A stretch of DNA of 63,332 bases, counting the filler. It is 4 parts of 4 records of this genome, joined end to end, with 100 filler letters (N's around TTAATTAATTAA, not from the genome) between each part and the next. Parts side by side here need not be neighbours in the genome. Positions count along the whole stretch, not along the records: positions 32,886 to 58,167 come from SRR20825019_548; 3 more parts are not named here. One strand, 5' to 3'. Position numbers and translations under genes: made by a program. Under the pieces are notes generated by a model. It was not told the DNA's origin. It worked only from the letters and a program-made list of their open reading frames with translations, and made no database searches. Below, in pieces: positions 37,369-47,023 of the stretch. Positions within the stretch are counted from its first letter, which is position 1; each line of letters opens with the position of its first letter.

Positions 37369-38013
37369 TTAATTCAAGTTGAGCGTCAAGAACATGACAC
37401 CGGCTATCCATAATAAGAGGGTAGGTGCGTAGCTTGAGGTCACAATTAGGATGCCTGAATTCTTGTTCTTTTCTTTCAACAGCCGATCAATTAGAAATGC
37501 TAAGACTATACAGTAAAGGATTTCAAAAAGGTTTATTACTTTGAGAGGATATCTGTACCATAGGTCAACACTCTCATATCCTATTAAACTTAAAACCGAT
37601 AATGGTTGGAAATTTTCAATCGTATCAATATCAAAGTCTGTCCCAGAAAAAAACAACCATGCGATTTTAATGAATGCCAGGAGTATGAAAATAAACTCTG
37701 CTTTGAGAACTATGCCCCAAAGTTTTTTATGCGGTAGCACCTTACTGTAAAACATTGATCCCATTCCCAGAATACCTGCTATAAGCTGAGTTTTCAAGAA
37801 TAAGAATAGGGGAATAAAAACATACCCTAATAATTGCCACTTTCGAGCATTATTAAATATTTCATCCGCTTTTTCAATAGACAATTTTTCAATAAGGCTA
37901 TTGTAAATCAGTGTGTTTAAATCAAAAATATACTTAGTTGCTTCTGATGCGATGAAGGTTAATAAACAAAGTATTACAAAAAGTGTAGTGTTGTTGATTT
38001 TAGCGACATTCAT
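37369..38013 (-). CDS. Multi-pass membrane protein of the bacteriocin cluster
   Basis: 214 aa, about 5 hydrophobic helices, co-oriented in the operon. Confidence 0.8.
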   Translation of the reverse strand: MNVAKINNTTLFVILCLLTFIASEATKYIFDLNTLIYNSLIEKLSIEKADEIFNNARKWQLLGYVFIPLFLFLKTQLIAGILGMGSMFYSKVLPHKKLWGIVLKAEFIFILLAFIKIAWLFFSGTDFDIDTIENFQPLSVLSLIGYESVDLWYRYPLKVINLFEILYCIVLAFLIDRLLKEKNKNSGILIVTSSYAPTLLLWIAGVMFLTLNLN

Positions 38014-38032
38014 TTTTGGGATTGATTGCGGC

Positions 38033-38371
38033 TTATGACGAGCCCTTTTTATCGATGATATTTAATAGGTCTATTAAAAACACTTTTTCCTTTAAGGTGT
38101 TCCGCAGGTATTTTACCATTTGAAAAATAGTTATTGAAACTAGAAAATAGATTATATAGTCCTTGGCAATCTCAGGATTGAAAATCAATTGGTATAAGCA
38201 CAGAGCCCCAAGGCAAACCGTTAAAAACACTATAATCTTACTGATAAGAATCATCCTTTGGAGCATTTGATATGAATTTTTAATATTCAAAAGACTTGTT
38301 GATTGATTCATCTTCTCTATCTCAATGATTCTGGCCTTTATTTTTTCCGTCAATGTTATTTCCATGGTCAT
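38033..38371 (-). CDS. Small two-TM protein, candidate immunity protein
   Basis: 112 aa, 2 TM, directly downstream of the precursors. Confidence 0.6.
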   Translation of the reverse strand: MTMEITLTEKIKARIIEIEKMNQSTSLLNIKNSYQMLQRMILISKIIVFLTVCLGALCLYQLIFNPEIAKDYIIYFLVSITIFQMVKYLRNTLKEKVFLIDLLNIIDKKGSS

Positions 38372-38391
38372 AGGTTTTAGTCAATAAATAA

Positions 38392-38416
38392 GTTGGAGGG
38401 GATCATCCCCTCCAAC
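38392..38416 (-). terminator. Stem-loop after precursor genes (terminator/attenuator)
   Basis: GTTGGAGGGGA-N3-TCCCCTCCAAC perfect 11-bp stem followed by TTATTTATT on the minus strand. Confidence 0.7.
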
Positions 38417-38427
38417 AAACTAAGATA

Positions 38428-38589
38428 TTAATAAAAGACCATATTGACACATCCTGCGGCAACAGCGGCTATACCTATACCTGCTCCTACTCCGGTTGCT
38501 ATTAACCCAACACCAAGGCCGCAGGCAAATCCTCCCCACCAGCTTCCACCTTCTATTTGTTCCAGTTGACTAATTTCTAATGTTTTCAT
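38428..38589 (-). CDS. Bacteriocin-like precursor A with double-glycine leader
   Basis: MKTLEISQLEQIEGG|SWWGGFACGLGVGLIATGVGAGIGIAAVAAGCVNMVFY (53 aa, below ORF-track cutoff). Confidence 0.9.
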   Translation of the reverse strand: MKTLEISQLEQIEGGSWWGGFACGLGVGLIATGVGAGIGIAAVAAGCVNMVFY

Positions 38590-38609
38590 TTTTTACGTTT
38601 TAATTAAAA

Positions 38610-38780
38610 TTATCTACAAGCTACGGCAGTGGTTACCATCAATGCAGCAACACCTAACAAGGACAATGCCCCAGAGGCAATGAATGCAACGGATACCCCA
38701 GTGGCAAAGCCACATGCTTCCGAAGATGTAACTCCGTTTCCGTGAAGGTTCTCCATTTCTGGAATTTCCAATTTTCTCAT
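38610..38780 (-). CDS. Bacteriocin-like precursor B (leader ends GN)
   Basis: MRKLEIPEMENLHGN|GVTSSEACGFATGVSVAFIASGALSLLGVAALMVTTAVACR (56 aa); leader paralogous to A. Confidence 0.85.
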   Translation of the reverse strand: MRKLEIPEMENLHGNGVTSSEACGFATGVSVAFIASGALSLLGVAALMVTTAVACR

Positions 38781-38858
38781 ATCTAGTTGTATTTATACCT
38801 ACTCTTCTTTGGCTTTTCGGTTTCCTCCATTTTAATCGCGATCAATATCATTTGTTAC

Positions 38859-38866
38859 CAAATGTA
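38859..38866 (-). promoter_or_regulatory. Bacteroidota -7 promoter element for the bacteriocin operon
   Basis: TACATTTG matches TAnnTTTG, about 80 nt upstream of precursor B. Confidence 0.6.
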
Positions 38867-39030
38867 TATGACTTCAGTGCAGAAAACTTGCAGTCTTCTA
38901 AGTATGGATGCAAATGAAAGGGCGAATTGATGTAACAATAAATAATAGTTCCATGTTGATGTGTCAAAACCCAACAGAATAACGAAAAGCAAAAATGATG
39001 TTATGGAAATGGTAGGGAAGAAAGCAAGTA

Positions 39031-39303
39031 TCATAAATGATACGATGTTGTTATAATACCTGCACTTAAAACGGAAATAGAAACATTCACTTGTAGCTCA
39101 AAATCGTCCTGGTAGTAGTATGTCTTTCTTTTTCTATCAAACTGGACCAGGGCACCATAATCCCTTAGCTCTTCAAATAGACAGTATACGGATCATTCAC
39201 TTACTCCAAGTTTTTTACCCAATTCACGAGGAGAACCGGTAGATTCAGTTTCCACCAGTTGATGTAATTTTAGGAGACGTTCCAAGTTTCTAATTGAATT
39301 CAA
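39031..39303 (-). pseudogene. Small winged-HTH DNA-binding protein with internal stop
   Basis: LNSIRNLERLLKLHQLVETESTGSPRELGKKLGVSE*SVYCLFEELRDYGALVQFDRKRKTYYY...; TGA at 39193-39195 where Arg is expected. Confidence 0.75.
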
Positions 39304-39593
39304 GTCTGGTACGAATGGCTTGTTTTTCTATTTAACGACTATTAAACTGAAGTTTAAAATTGTTACATATCAACTGTATATACAATTAAAAGAAACCTCG
39401 TTTTGTAAAATGCCAAGTGTTTTATAAAGTGTCGTTTTTTTTACTTCTAAAACGGCGTTTGATATGACTATATGCATCCTACAAAACCAAATGAAGTTGG
39501 GATAGGCAAGGAAAAAAGCGGTTATAAAATTGCGAGAGCTATGGTTTGAGGAGAGATACAAACATAGGAAAGCACTATATATCTGTTGTAATT

Positions 39594-40460
39594 CTAGTTT
39601 ATTCGTATTTTCTGTGTCTTTTCTCGATATGCCCTTGGGGATAGGGAAGCATTTCTTTTAAAGAATCTACTGAAACTATAGAGCGTCTTGAATCCTAGCA
39701 TTTGGGCAATCTCCTTGATGGGAGCAGTATCCTGCAATAACGCTTTGGCCTCCTCCATGAGAATCTCCCTAATATGGCCCTTGGCCGTTTTGCCCGTATG
39801 TTTTTTGACCATTCTGGAAAGATGGTCCGGTGTTATATTGAGACGCCTGGCATAAAACCCTACTTGGTGTTCCCTTTTGGAATGGGCGGCCAATAGACGC
39901 ATAAAATGGAGCACCAGTATATGTCCCGCTGTATGTATGATGAGAGGGACTTTCCCGTCTTTTCGGAGAAGATCGCTTAATTCCCATAATAGCATGTAAA
40001 GCCCATGGCGAAGGATGTAACCATGGGCCAAAGAAGTCGTTTTGGGGTTAACTTTGGTCCTTAACAATTCTAAGAGCAAGAATAACCAAGAAACCTCTTT
40101 CTGTTCAAGTTCAATGGTCTGGACATTTTGGTCCCAAAGCCGTATAAAAGATCGGGGCAGTTGTCCTACACCATGTTCAATATATTGCATGGTAAAGCCA
40201 AGTGCCCCGATCTGAGCTTCGAGGGAAGGGTTTTCCAAGAGCCACGATTTTCCTCTCGATACCAAAACGAGCTTCCCGTGATATAGATCAATATTGTTTC
40301 CATTAACCCGAAACCGCACGCTCCCTTTTTTTACCAGCAAAAGGATGAAATGGAATGGACCAAAGAACGAGTGGGCCATCCACGACTGTTGCCGGTTCTT
40401 TAGAAAAAGGACGACCAACTCATGATTTGCGTGTTTGTCAACGGGCTTTTGTGGTTTCAA
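39594..40460 (-). CDS. AraC-family transcriptional regulator
   Basis: Cupin-like N-terminus; VGFYARRLNITPDHLS...IKEIAQMLGF...FSRFFKR. Confidence 0.9.
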   Translation of the reverse strand: MKPQKPVDKHANHELVVLFLKNRQQSWMAHSFFGPFHFILLLVKKGSVRFRVNGNNIDLYHGKLVLVSRGKSWLLENPSLEAQIGALGFTMQYIEHGVGQLPRSFIRLWDQNVQTIELEQKEVSWLFLLLELLRTKVNPKTTSLAHGYILRHGLYMLLWELSDLLRKDGKVPLIIHTAGHILVLHFMRLLAAHSKREHQVGFYARRLNITPDHLSRMVKKHTGKTAKGHIREILMEEAKALLQDTAPIKEIAQMLGFKTLYSFSRFFKRNASLSPRAYREKTQKIRIN

Positions 40461-40475
40461 GCTTTGTTCATATTC

Positions 40476-40730
40476 CTATGGTTTCATAAGTCTTGACATC
40501 AGGGCAGTGACCGTAATGAACAGATTGAATAATACGTTGATGAACAAGAGCCAAGCCATGTTTTCGGGATGTACGCTCTTGGTGACCCCTTCCCGGTTGA
40601 AGTGATCTACAAGCTCATCATAACCAAACAGATCAATGATGAAAAAGATGGCCAATAGGTTAAGAGCGACCAAGATTACGGCCCAAAGGGTTCCCCATTT
40701 CTTTTCCCTATCCATGATGATATCTATCAT
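40476..40730 (-). CDS. Small two-TM membrane protein
   Basis: 84 aa; 4-bp overlap with the upstream lipoprotein gene. Confidence 0.65.
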   Translation of the reverse strand: MIDIIMDREKKWGTLWAVILVALNLLAIFFIIDLFGYDELVDHFNREGVTKSVHPENMAWLLFINVLFNLFITVTALMSRLMKP

Positions 40731-41059
40731 GGTTCTTGGATAGGTTTTATGCCTGAGAAGGGGGCAAAAGATTCGGTATCCTGTTTATCTTCTTGGTCTA
40801 GTATGGAATCTCTGGTAGCATTTGGAGTAGAAAGGTCCCAGTCCTCATCGTCAACCTCTGATGTGGAATGTAGGGAGTCCTGGTATATGTGGTTCATGTA
40901 ATCATATGGATTGTTCCTGTTAGTAGGAGGCAATGGGGTATTGCCCACTGTAGGAAGCGCCATTGCCTCGACTTGTTGAAAATACGGGATTGTTTCATCA
41001 GGGCTGCATGCCACGTATAGGAAAGCCACTGCTGTAAGGGTAATGATACATTTTTTCAT
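40727..41059 (-). CDS. Lipoprotein
   Basis: MKK-hydrophobic-VAC lipobox; NNPYD motif. Confidence 0.75.
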   Translation of the reverse strand: MKKCIITLTAVAFLYVACSPDETIPYFQQVEAMALPTVGNTPLPPTNRNNPYDYMNHIYQDSLHSTSEVDDEDWDLSTPNATRDSILDQEDKQDTESFAPFSGIKPIQEP

Positions 41060-41408
41060 TTTGATGAGTTTTTAGTTAACCGATTGTTGAATCGGTCCAT
41101 GCTCACCCGGGTAATATGAACCTTTTTGACCGCCGGAAAATCCAGAGACCATGTTCTTGAATTCGATGTAAAGCTAAGGGCAATGACGGTACCCTTCCAA
41201 AGCCTTGTTCGGCGTTTTCAGGAAAGGTTGAGGTAGATTTCCTGAAATTGTCCTAGCTTCTTTTTTGACAACTTGTAAGTGAAAACCCATAATTTGTAGT
41301 ATCTTGTGAGGAATCGATTTTTCTTAGCGGGTCTGGTGCTGCCCTGACCGGTAGAATAAGTTGGTTATGCGGTTTGCTCCCCTTTTTTAAGCAGCAATAC
41401 GAAAGCCG

Positions 41409-43097
41409 ATGATCGGAAGACTGTTCTTTTCTATGTCCTTTATGGGAATGTGTATGCTATGGGCCCAAGATTCGTTGGAGGTTTCCAAAGATTCATTTCA
41501 AAGATTGAATTACGAGGCCATTTTTGACCGAGTCAAAAATGCAGGGCAAGATACCCCTCAACAGAGCCTCTACCTTAAAGCTTATCTGGACAAGGCCCGG
41601 ATGGAGAATAATTATGGTGAAATGATACAAGGGTATAAAAACTATCTTCATCGATCAAAGGGAATGACTAGGTTTACTTATGCGGACAGTATGGTGCTTA
41701 CAGCCAAAACCTCTGGGGATGTCCGTTTGATGGGGTCGGCCTATCTTACCAAGGGAATTTTGTTCTATAGTGAAAAAAAGTATAAAAAGGCGCTGAATAA
41801 CTACCTCCTTGCAGACCGATATGTGGCACGGTCCGATGACAACTATTTAGAATACAAACTCAAGTATAATATCGCTTTGGTCAAGTATTATACGGAACAT
41901 TTTGATGAGGCCTTGGGGCTTCTCCAAGGGTGTCAGGCATATTTTAAGGGAAAGAGCACTCCAGGGTATTTGAACACACTTTTATTGCTGGGACGCTGCC
42001 ATCAACGGATGAAGAACTATGGCTTGAGCAGTAAGATTAATAGATTGGGGCTCATGGAAGGCAAAAGATTGGGCTCTAATTCCTTGGCCATATATTTTGT
42101 TCAGTCCGAAGGAATCAACCATGCCATGGAAGGGAACTATTCAATGGCCATTGCTGAATTGGACAGTAGTTTTAGGGTTATCCGCAATACCAAGAACGAT
42201 TTTGCCAATGTGGTCCTGAGTGCATATTACTTGGGGAAATGTTATTGGGGGGTGGGTCAAAGGGAAAAAGCTGTGGACTACTTTAAAAAGGTGGATGTGA
42301 GTTTTAGGGAGCGTAACTATATGAAAGCGGAGTTGTTGGGTACCTATAAGTACCTCACAGAGTATTTTGCTACATTGAACAACCAAGAGCTCAGGTTTTT
42401 CTATTTGAAAAAGCACATTGAGGCTATAGATTATATGCGTTCCCAGAGCCAATATTTGGACGATACCATCAAAGATGGGTATGATCTAAAAGGTATCCAA
42501 CGTGAAAAACAACGCATTGAGCAACTTTTGGTGATAAAGGAGCGAAGGCAAAACCTGGGAATAACAGTAGTCATCGTCTTATTTGTCCTCTTGGTATGGC
42601 TGACCTATAAATACCAACATGCCCGAAAAATATATCAGAAAAGGTTTGAGGCCATAATCAATGGTCAAGGCCCACCTCTAAAACAAGTTGGAAAGGCACA
42701 TGTCGTTCCGTCACAGCCTTTGGACATCTCCAAGGGCAAGATTGATGCGGTATTGTCCCGTTTGGAACATTTTGAAGGGAACCGGAACTTTCTGGACCCA
42801 AAGATGTCGGTCAGTAAATTGGCCGTCATTGCCGAGGTAAATGGGAAATATCTTTCCCAGATCATTACTCATTATAAAGGGAAACGAGTCATGGAGTATA
42901 TCAATGATCTGAGGGTGGACCATATCATTGATCAAATGAAGCAAGATCGGAAATTGGCCTATTACAGTAATGGTTCCCTGGCCGAAGTGGCAGGGTTCAA
43001 TAGTGAACGCGCCTTTACTAATGCCTTTAAGTCACGGTTAGGGATAACTCCAATGTTCTTTATGGAGCGGTTAAAGGCCGAAGGGGTGCCGGAATAA
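41409..43097 (+). CDS. TPR-sensor / TM / AraC-HTH transmembrane regulator
   Basis: Signal-like N-terminus, TPR helices, TM LGITVVIVLFVLLVWL, C-terminal AraC HTH (YINDLRV, LAEVAGFNS). Confidence 0.9.
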   Translation: MIGRLFFSMSFMGMCMLWAQDSLEVSKDSFQRLNYEAIFDRVKNAGQDTPQQSLYLKAYLDKARMENNYGEMIQGYKNYLHRSKGMTRFTYADSMVLTAKTSGDVRLMGSAYLTKGILFYSEKKYKKALNNYLLADRYVARSDDNYLEYKLKYNIALVKYYTEHFDEALGLLQGCQAYFKGKSTPGYLNTLLLLGRCHQRMKNYGLSSKINRLGLMEGKRLGSNSLAIYFVQSEGINHAMEGNYSMAIAELDSSFRVIRNTKNDFANVVLSAYYLGKCYWGVGQREKAVDYFKKVDVSFRERNYMKAELLGTYKYLTEYFATLNNQELRFFYLKKHIEAIDYMRSQSQYLDDTIKDGYDLKGIQREKQRIEQLLVIKERRQNLGITVVIVLFVLLVWLTYKYQHARKIYQKRFEAIINGQGPPLKQVGKAHVVPSQPLDISKGKIDAVLSRLEHFEGNRNFLDPKMSVSKLAVIAEVNGKYLSQIITHYKGKRVMEYINDLRVDHIIDQMKQDRKLAYYSNGSLAEVAGFNSERAFTNAFKSRLGITPMFFMERLKAEGVPE

Positions 43098-43176
43098 GGG
43101 CGTATCGGTTACAGAACGATTTGTTGCAACCAATACGGTAGCCGCTGGGTGCCTTGGATAAAAGTAGTGGTTTCTT

Positions 43177-43262
43177 TGGGCGTGTTCCTTTGGGGACCGG
43201 GCTTTCCGTTGCAAGGCCGTCCTTTTCAAGGACGGAGCTTTTCACTGCAATCCCCTTACGCG
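43177..43262 (+). ncRNA. Flavo-1-like structured RNA/repeat
   Basis: GGGCGT...CGGGCTTTCCGTTGCAAG-hairpin(CCGTCCTT/AAGGACGG)-GCTTTTCACTGCAATCCC..ACGC resembles the Flavo-1 pattern as recalled; not CM-verified. Confidence 0.6.
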
Positions 43263-43395
43263 GGGGCATGGGAAATGGGAAAGGTATGGACAGAACAGGT
43301 ATGCCCAGCTCATGATTTTCTCTGCTTAATGACGTGAAAAGCCCCTCCTTTAGGGGTAAATGTTTTTTGATTGACAATCAAGTTAGTAGTTCTAT

Positions 43396-44178
43396 CTATT
43401 TTAGTTTACCTGGTGAATAGTGATTAATTATGGTTTCAATCATTTTTTTCAATTCTTCAGCAGGGTTATTTAGGCGATAATGTTCCAGTACAAAATTCAT
43501 TTTAGAAACATAGACATAATGCAGTAATTCCTTTAGTTCTATAGTGTATTCTTCAGGTATAGAAGATTTAATGACGCTTTCATGGGTATTGTGAAAAAGA
43601 ATAATAAGATTACTGATATTAAGTAGTACAGAATGAAAAGAATCTTCTCTATCAAATTCTTTCGTATCATTTGCTTCCTTTGATTTTTTATCCCTGAAAT
43701 ACTCAATTAAGAAGAGGTTTATTCCTTGAATGCCAATGAAATTATATTTTTTTCCGCCACTAGGAGGTATATCACTGATTCTTGTAATTAGCTTTCCTTT
43801 GTGAAAGGCAATATTGAAATTATCAAATTCATGAATGATCATGTTAATTCTTTCCTTAAATCTTTTGTACTCGAAATTATTCAAATCATCAGTTTGCTGT
43901 TTTTCAAATTGCCTTTGGACTTGTTTGTTTGCTTGGTATTGTATATAAAACGCTAAAAAAGTAAGAAGTGAAGCGGATATAGCGATTATAGGGTTGATAA
44001 TTCCTCCTATGGTATCACCCAAGGAACCTAATATTATATAATCATAAGATTGCGAAATCATTGGAAGAAGTAAAACCAGGAAACCAATTATCGCAATTGA
44101 TATAAATATTAAGCTCATTCTTATACCAAGAGAATAAATTTTCTTTTCAAATAAATCTGATTGATTGTCTTTTTCCAT
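43396..44178 (-). CDS. Two-TM protein resembling putative abortive-infection proteins
   Basis: LGDTIGGIINPIIAISASLLTFLAFYIQYQAN followed by a soluble domain; immediately downstream of hsdR. Confidence 0.55.
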   Translation of the reverse strand: MEKDNQSDLFEKKIYSLGIRMSLIFISIAIIGFLVLLLPMISQSYDYIILGSLGDTIGGIINPIIAISASLLTFLAFYIQYQANKQVQRQFEKQQTDDLNNFEYKRFKERINMIIHEFDNFNIAFHKGKLITRISDIPPSGGKKYNFIGIQGINLFLIEYFRDKKSKEANDTKEFDREDSFHSVLLNISNLIILFHNTHESVIKSSIPEEYTIELKELLHYVYVSKMNFVLEHYRLNNPAEELKKMIETIINHYSPGKLK

Positions 44179-44188
44179 CTTTTACCGT

Positions 44189-47023
44189 TTACCCCATCCC
44201 ATCAATAAAGGTTTCTACAAAGTCTTTTATCTTACCTAATATCCTGTCAGATGAGGTGGCTCTCTCCCTTAGGCTAGGCCTTTCATTCATTACGGCAATA
44301 ATCTCATCCCGTAATGGTTCTTTTTCTGTAAAAAGATAATTGCTTACCAAATCAACCAACTTTTGGTAATCCAAGTTTTCTTCTTTTGCCAACTTGAGTA
44401 TGGCCTTTTTCTTCTCAACCGTCCAGAAGGATTCAAATTCATTGGCCACCAGTTCCGAGTCCGTTATCAATGGTAAGTTTTCTTCTATAAATTTCTCGAT
44501 CAGTTCTTTTTTGCTCCTTAATTGCGTTTCCGAGGCCAATATGTCCGAGATCGCTTTGCGCTGGTCTTCTTTTTCTTTTGGCTCTGAGTCGTGAAGTTTG
44601 GCCAACAAAGTCAAAATGTAGGTGACATTTATCTCATCCCTTCGAATCAGCTCCAATTCAAAATCGATGTCGTTCAGAATAGATACTTTTTCCTTTTGGG
44701 TTTCTGATTTTATGGTGTCATATAGATCCAAGTACTTGCTCTTGTAGTTCTCAAAGGTTTGCTCGTCCATGCCCAAATCCTCAAAACTGAATTCGGTGAA
44801 CGTGCCAAGTACATTTTTTACGCGCATCAATTCCCTAAAAGCCTTTACAAACTCCAATTCCTCAGCTTCAGAAGCCAAATCGTTCACACTATCAAAAGTG
44901 GGTGCAATGGCCTTTACACGCTCAACGGCTTCATCAAACTTTTCAATGTAATCCTCATAGGGCTGTACAATGATTTCTTCAATAGCTTCTTTATTGGAAA
45001 ATAAGGTGATGGCCTCATCAGTGGCTTCTTTTAGATTTCTAAAGGCCACAACATTTCCCTGGGATTTGATCTCGTCCAAAATTCGGTTGGTACGGGAGTA
45101 GGCTTGGATCAAACCATGAAACTTTAAGTTTTTGTCCACGTAAATGGTATTGAGCAGTTTACTGTCAAAGCCTGTTAAAAACATATTCACCACCAACAAG
45201 ACATCCACCTGTCTGTTCTTAACCCGCTTCCCAATATCCTTGTAGTAGGAATAAAACGCATTGGTGGAATAATTGGTTTTGAACATCCCATTATAATCAG
45301 CTATAAACTCCTCTAATTTATCTCTGGTATGTTTTGTATCGTATTTTGATGAAGGCTCGGCTGCAAAATCATCATAATCCTCATCCGGGATAAAGCCCTG
45401 TGCGTCCTCATCCAATTGGTTGGCTTGGTAGGAGAAGATGGTGGCTACTTTTAAATCGTGTTCCCCTGCTTCTTTTTTGACTTGGAACAGTTCATAGTAT
45501 TTGATTAGCGTCTTTACATTTTGAACGCAAAAAATGGCCGTATACCGTTTGTTATGGGTTTTTCGGTTGTGATTATTGATTATAAAATCAACATTGTTCT
45601 CCAATCGCTCCGGAGCCTCCAAAACCTCTGCGGTATTGATGTCCTCCACTTTTATATCGACAACATCATCTTTAGGTTTTACGGTGTTCATGTACTCAAT
45701 GGAAAACTTCAGTACGTTTCTATCCCGTATGGCATCGGTGATGACGTATTTATGCAAGCACTCTTCAAACAAATCTTTGGTGGTTCGTCTTCCCAACTTA
45801 TTCTTCACTGAATTATCGGCAAAAATGGGAGTGCCCGTAAAACCGAACATTTGGGCATTGCCAAAGTAGCTTTTAATAGAGTTATGGGTATCGCCAAACT
45901 GGCTGCGGTGGCATTCATCAAAAATAAATACGATACGCTCGTTTTTTAGCTTATCCACTTTGGCCATGTGCTTTGGCTTGGAAATGGCCGTATTCAGTTT
46001 TTGTATGGTCGTAACAATCAGTTTCGTATCATCGGAGAGCTGCTTCACCAATGTGCCTGTATTGTTCGTGGCATCAATACTGCCCTCACTAAAGCTATTG
46101 AACTCTTTGATGGTCTGATAGTCCAAGTCCTTTCTGTCTACCACAAAGACCACCTTAAGCACATCCTCTAAATTAGTGAGGATTTGTGCCGCTTTAAATG
46201 AGGTCAATGTTTTGCCCGATCCTGTGGTATGCCATATATAACCAAATTTATTGCTGTTTTTCACACGCTCCACAATCGCCTCCGTGGCATAATACTGATA
46301 CGGTCTCAATACCATTAAAATATTGGAGGTGTTCAGCACAATGTATTTGGTGATCATCTTGGAGAGATGGCAGGGCTCCAAAAATGCTGTGGCGAAATCG
46401 CTTAATTGCGTAATGATCTTGTTCTCCCTATCCGCCCAAAAGAAGGTTTGCTTAAAGGAACGAGCTTTTACGGGATTGTTGGCAAAATACTTTGTATTTA
46501 CCCCATTGCTGATGACAAAGAACTGCACGTATTGGAACAATCCACTTCCAGAACCGAACGAATGCCGCTCATATCGGTTGATCTGATTGAAGGCCTCTTT
46601 CATTTCCAAGCCCCGTTTTTTCAGCTCTATTTGAACCAATGGCAAACCGTTGATGAGTATAGTGACATCATATCGGTTTTTGTAGGAGCCTTCCATGGTG
46701 ATCTGGTGGGTGACCTGATACTGGTTTTTGCACCAATGTACTTGGTTGATTAACTCCACATACCCTGTTTTCCCATTGTCTTTGGAGTAAGTAATGCGGT
46801 CACGTAGCGTTTTGGACTTTTCAAAAATATTGCCTTTGGAGAGTTGGTTCAATATTTGTCTAAATTCTGCCTCTGAAAAGGCGGTCCGGTTATGTTTTTC
46901 CAACTGCCTTTTTAAGTTGACAACCAGCTCAGCGTCATCTTTTATACTGACTTTTGAATAGCCCAAGTCCTGTAGCTGTTCAACAAGGTTTTCTTCTAAA
47001 ATGTATTCGGGTTGGGTGGTCAT
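44189..47023 (-). CDS. hsdR: Type I restriction enzyme R subunit
   Basis: RYDVTILINGLPLVQIELK, WHTTGSGKT, DECHRSQ, FGFTGTP, MFLTGFD, QAYSRTNR. Confidence 0.97.
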   Translation of the reverse strand: MTTQPEYILEENLVEQLQDLGYSKVSIKDDAELVVNLKRQLEKHNRTAFSEAEFRQILNQLSKGNIFEKSKTLRDRITYSKDNGKTGYVELINQVHWCKNQYQVTHQITMEGSYKNRYDVTILINGLPLVQIELKKRGLEMKEAFNQINRYERHSFGSGSGLFQYVQFFVISNGVNTKYFANNPVKARSFKQTFFWADRENKIITQLSDFATAFLEPCHLSKMITKYIVLNTSNILMVLRPYQYYATEAIVERVKNSNKFGYIWHTTGSGKTLTSFKAAQILTNLEDVLKVVFVVDRKDLDYQTIKEFNSFSEGSIDATNNTGTLVKQLSDDTKLIVTTIQKLNTAISKPKHMAKVDKLKNERIVFIFDECHRSQFGDTHNSIKSYFGNAQMFGFTGTPIFADNSVKNKLGRRTTKDLFEECLHKYVITDAIRDRNVLKFSIEYMNTVKPKDDVVDIKVEDINTAEVLEAPERLENNVDFIINNHNRKTHNKRYTAIFCVQNVKTLIKYYELFQVKKEAGEHDLKVATIFSYQANQLDEDAQGFIPDEDYDDFAAEPSSKYDTKHTRDKLEEFIADYNGMFKTNYSTNAFYSYYKDIGKRVKNRQVDVLLVVNMFLTGFDSKLLNTIYVDKNLKFHGLIQAYSRTNRILDEIKSQGNVVAFRNLKEATDEAITLFSNKEAIEEIIVQPYEDYIEKFDEAVERVKAIAPTFDSVNDLASEAEELEFVKAFRELMRVKNVLGTFTEFSFEDLGMDEQTFENYKSKYLDLYDTIKSETQKEKVSILNDIDFELELIRRDEINVTYILTLLAKLHDSEPKEKEDQRKAISDILASETQLRSKKELIEKFIEENLPLITDSELVANEFESFWTVEKKKAILKLAKEENLDYQKLVDLVSNYLFTEKEPLRDEIIAVMNERPSLRERATSSDRILGKIKDFVETFIDGMG

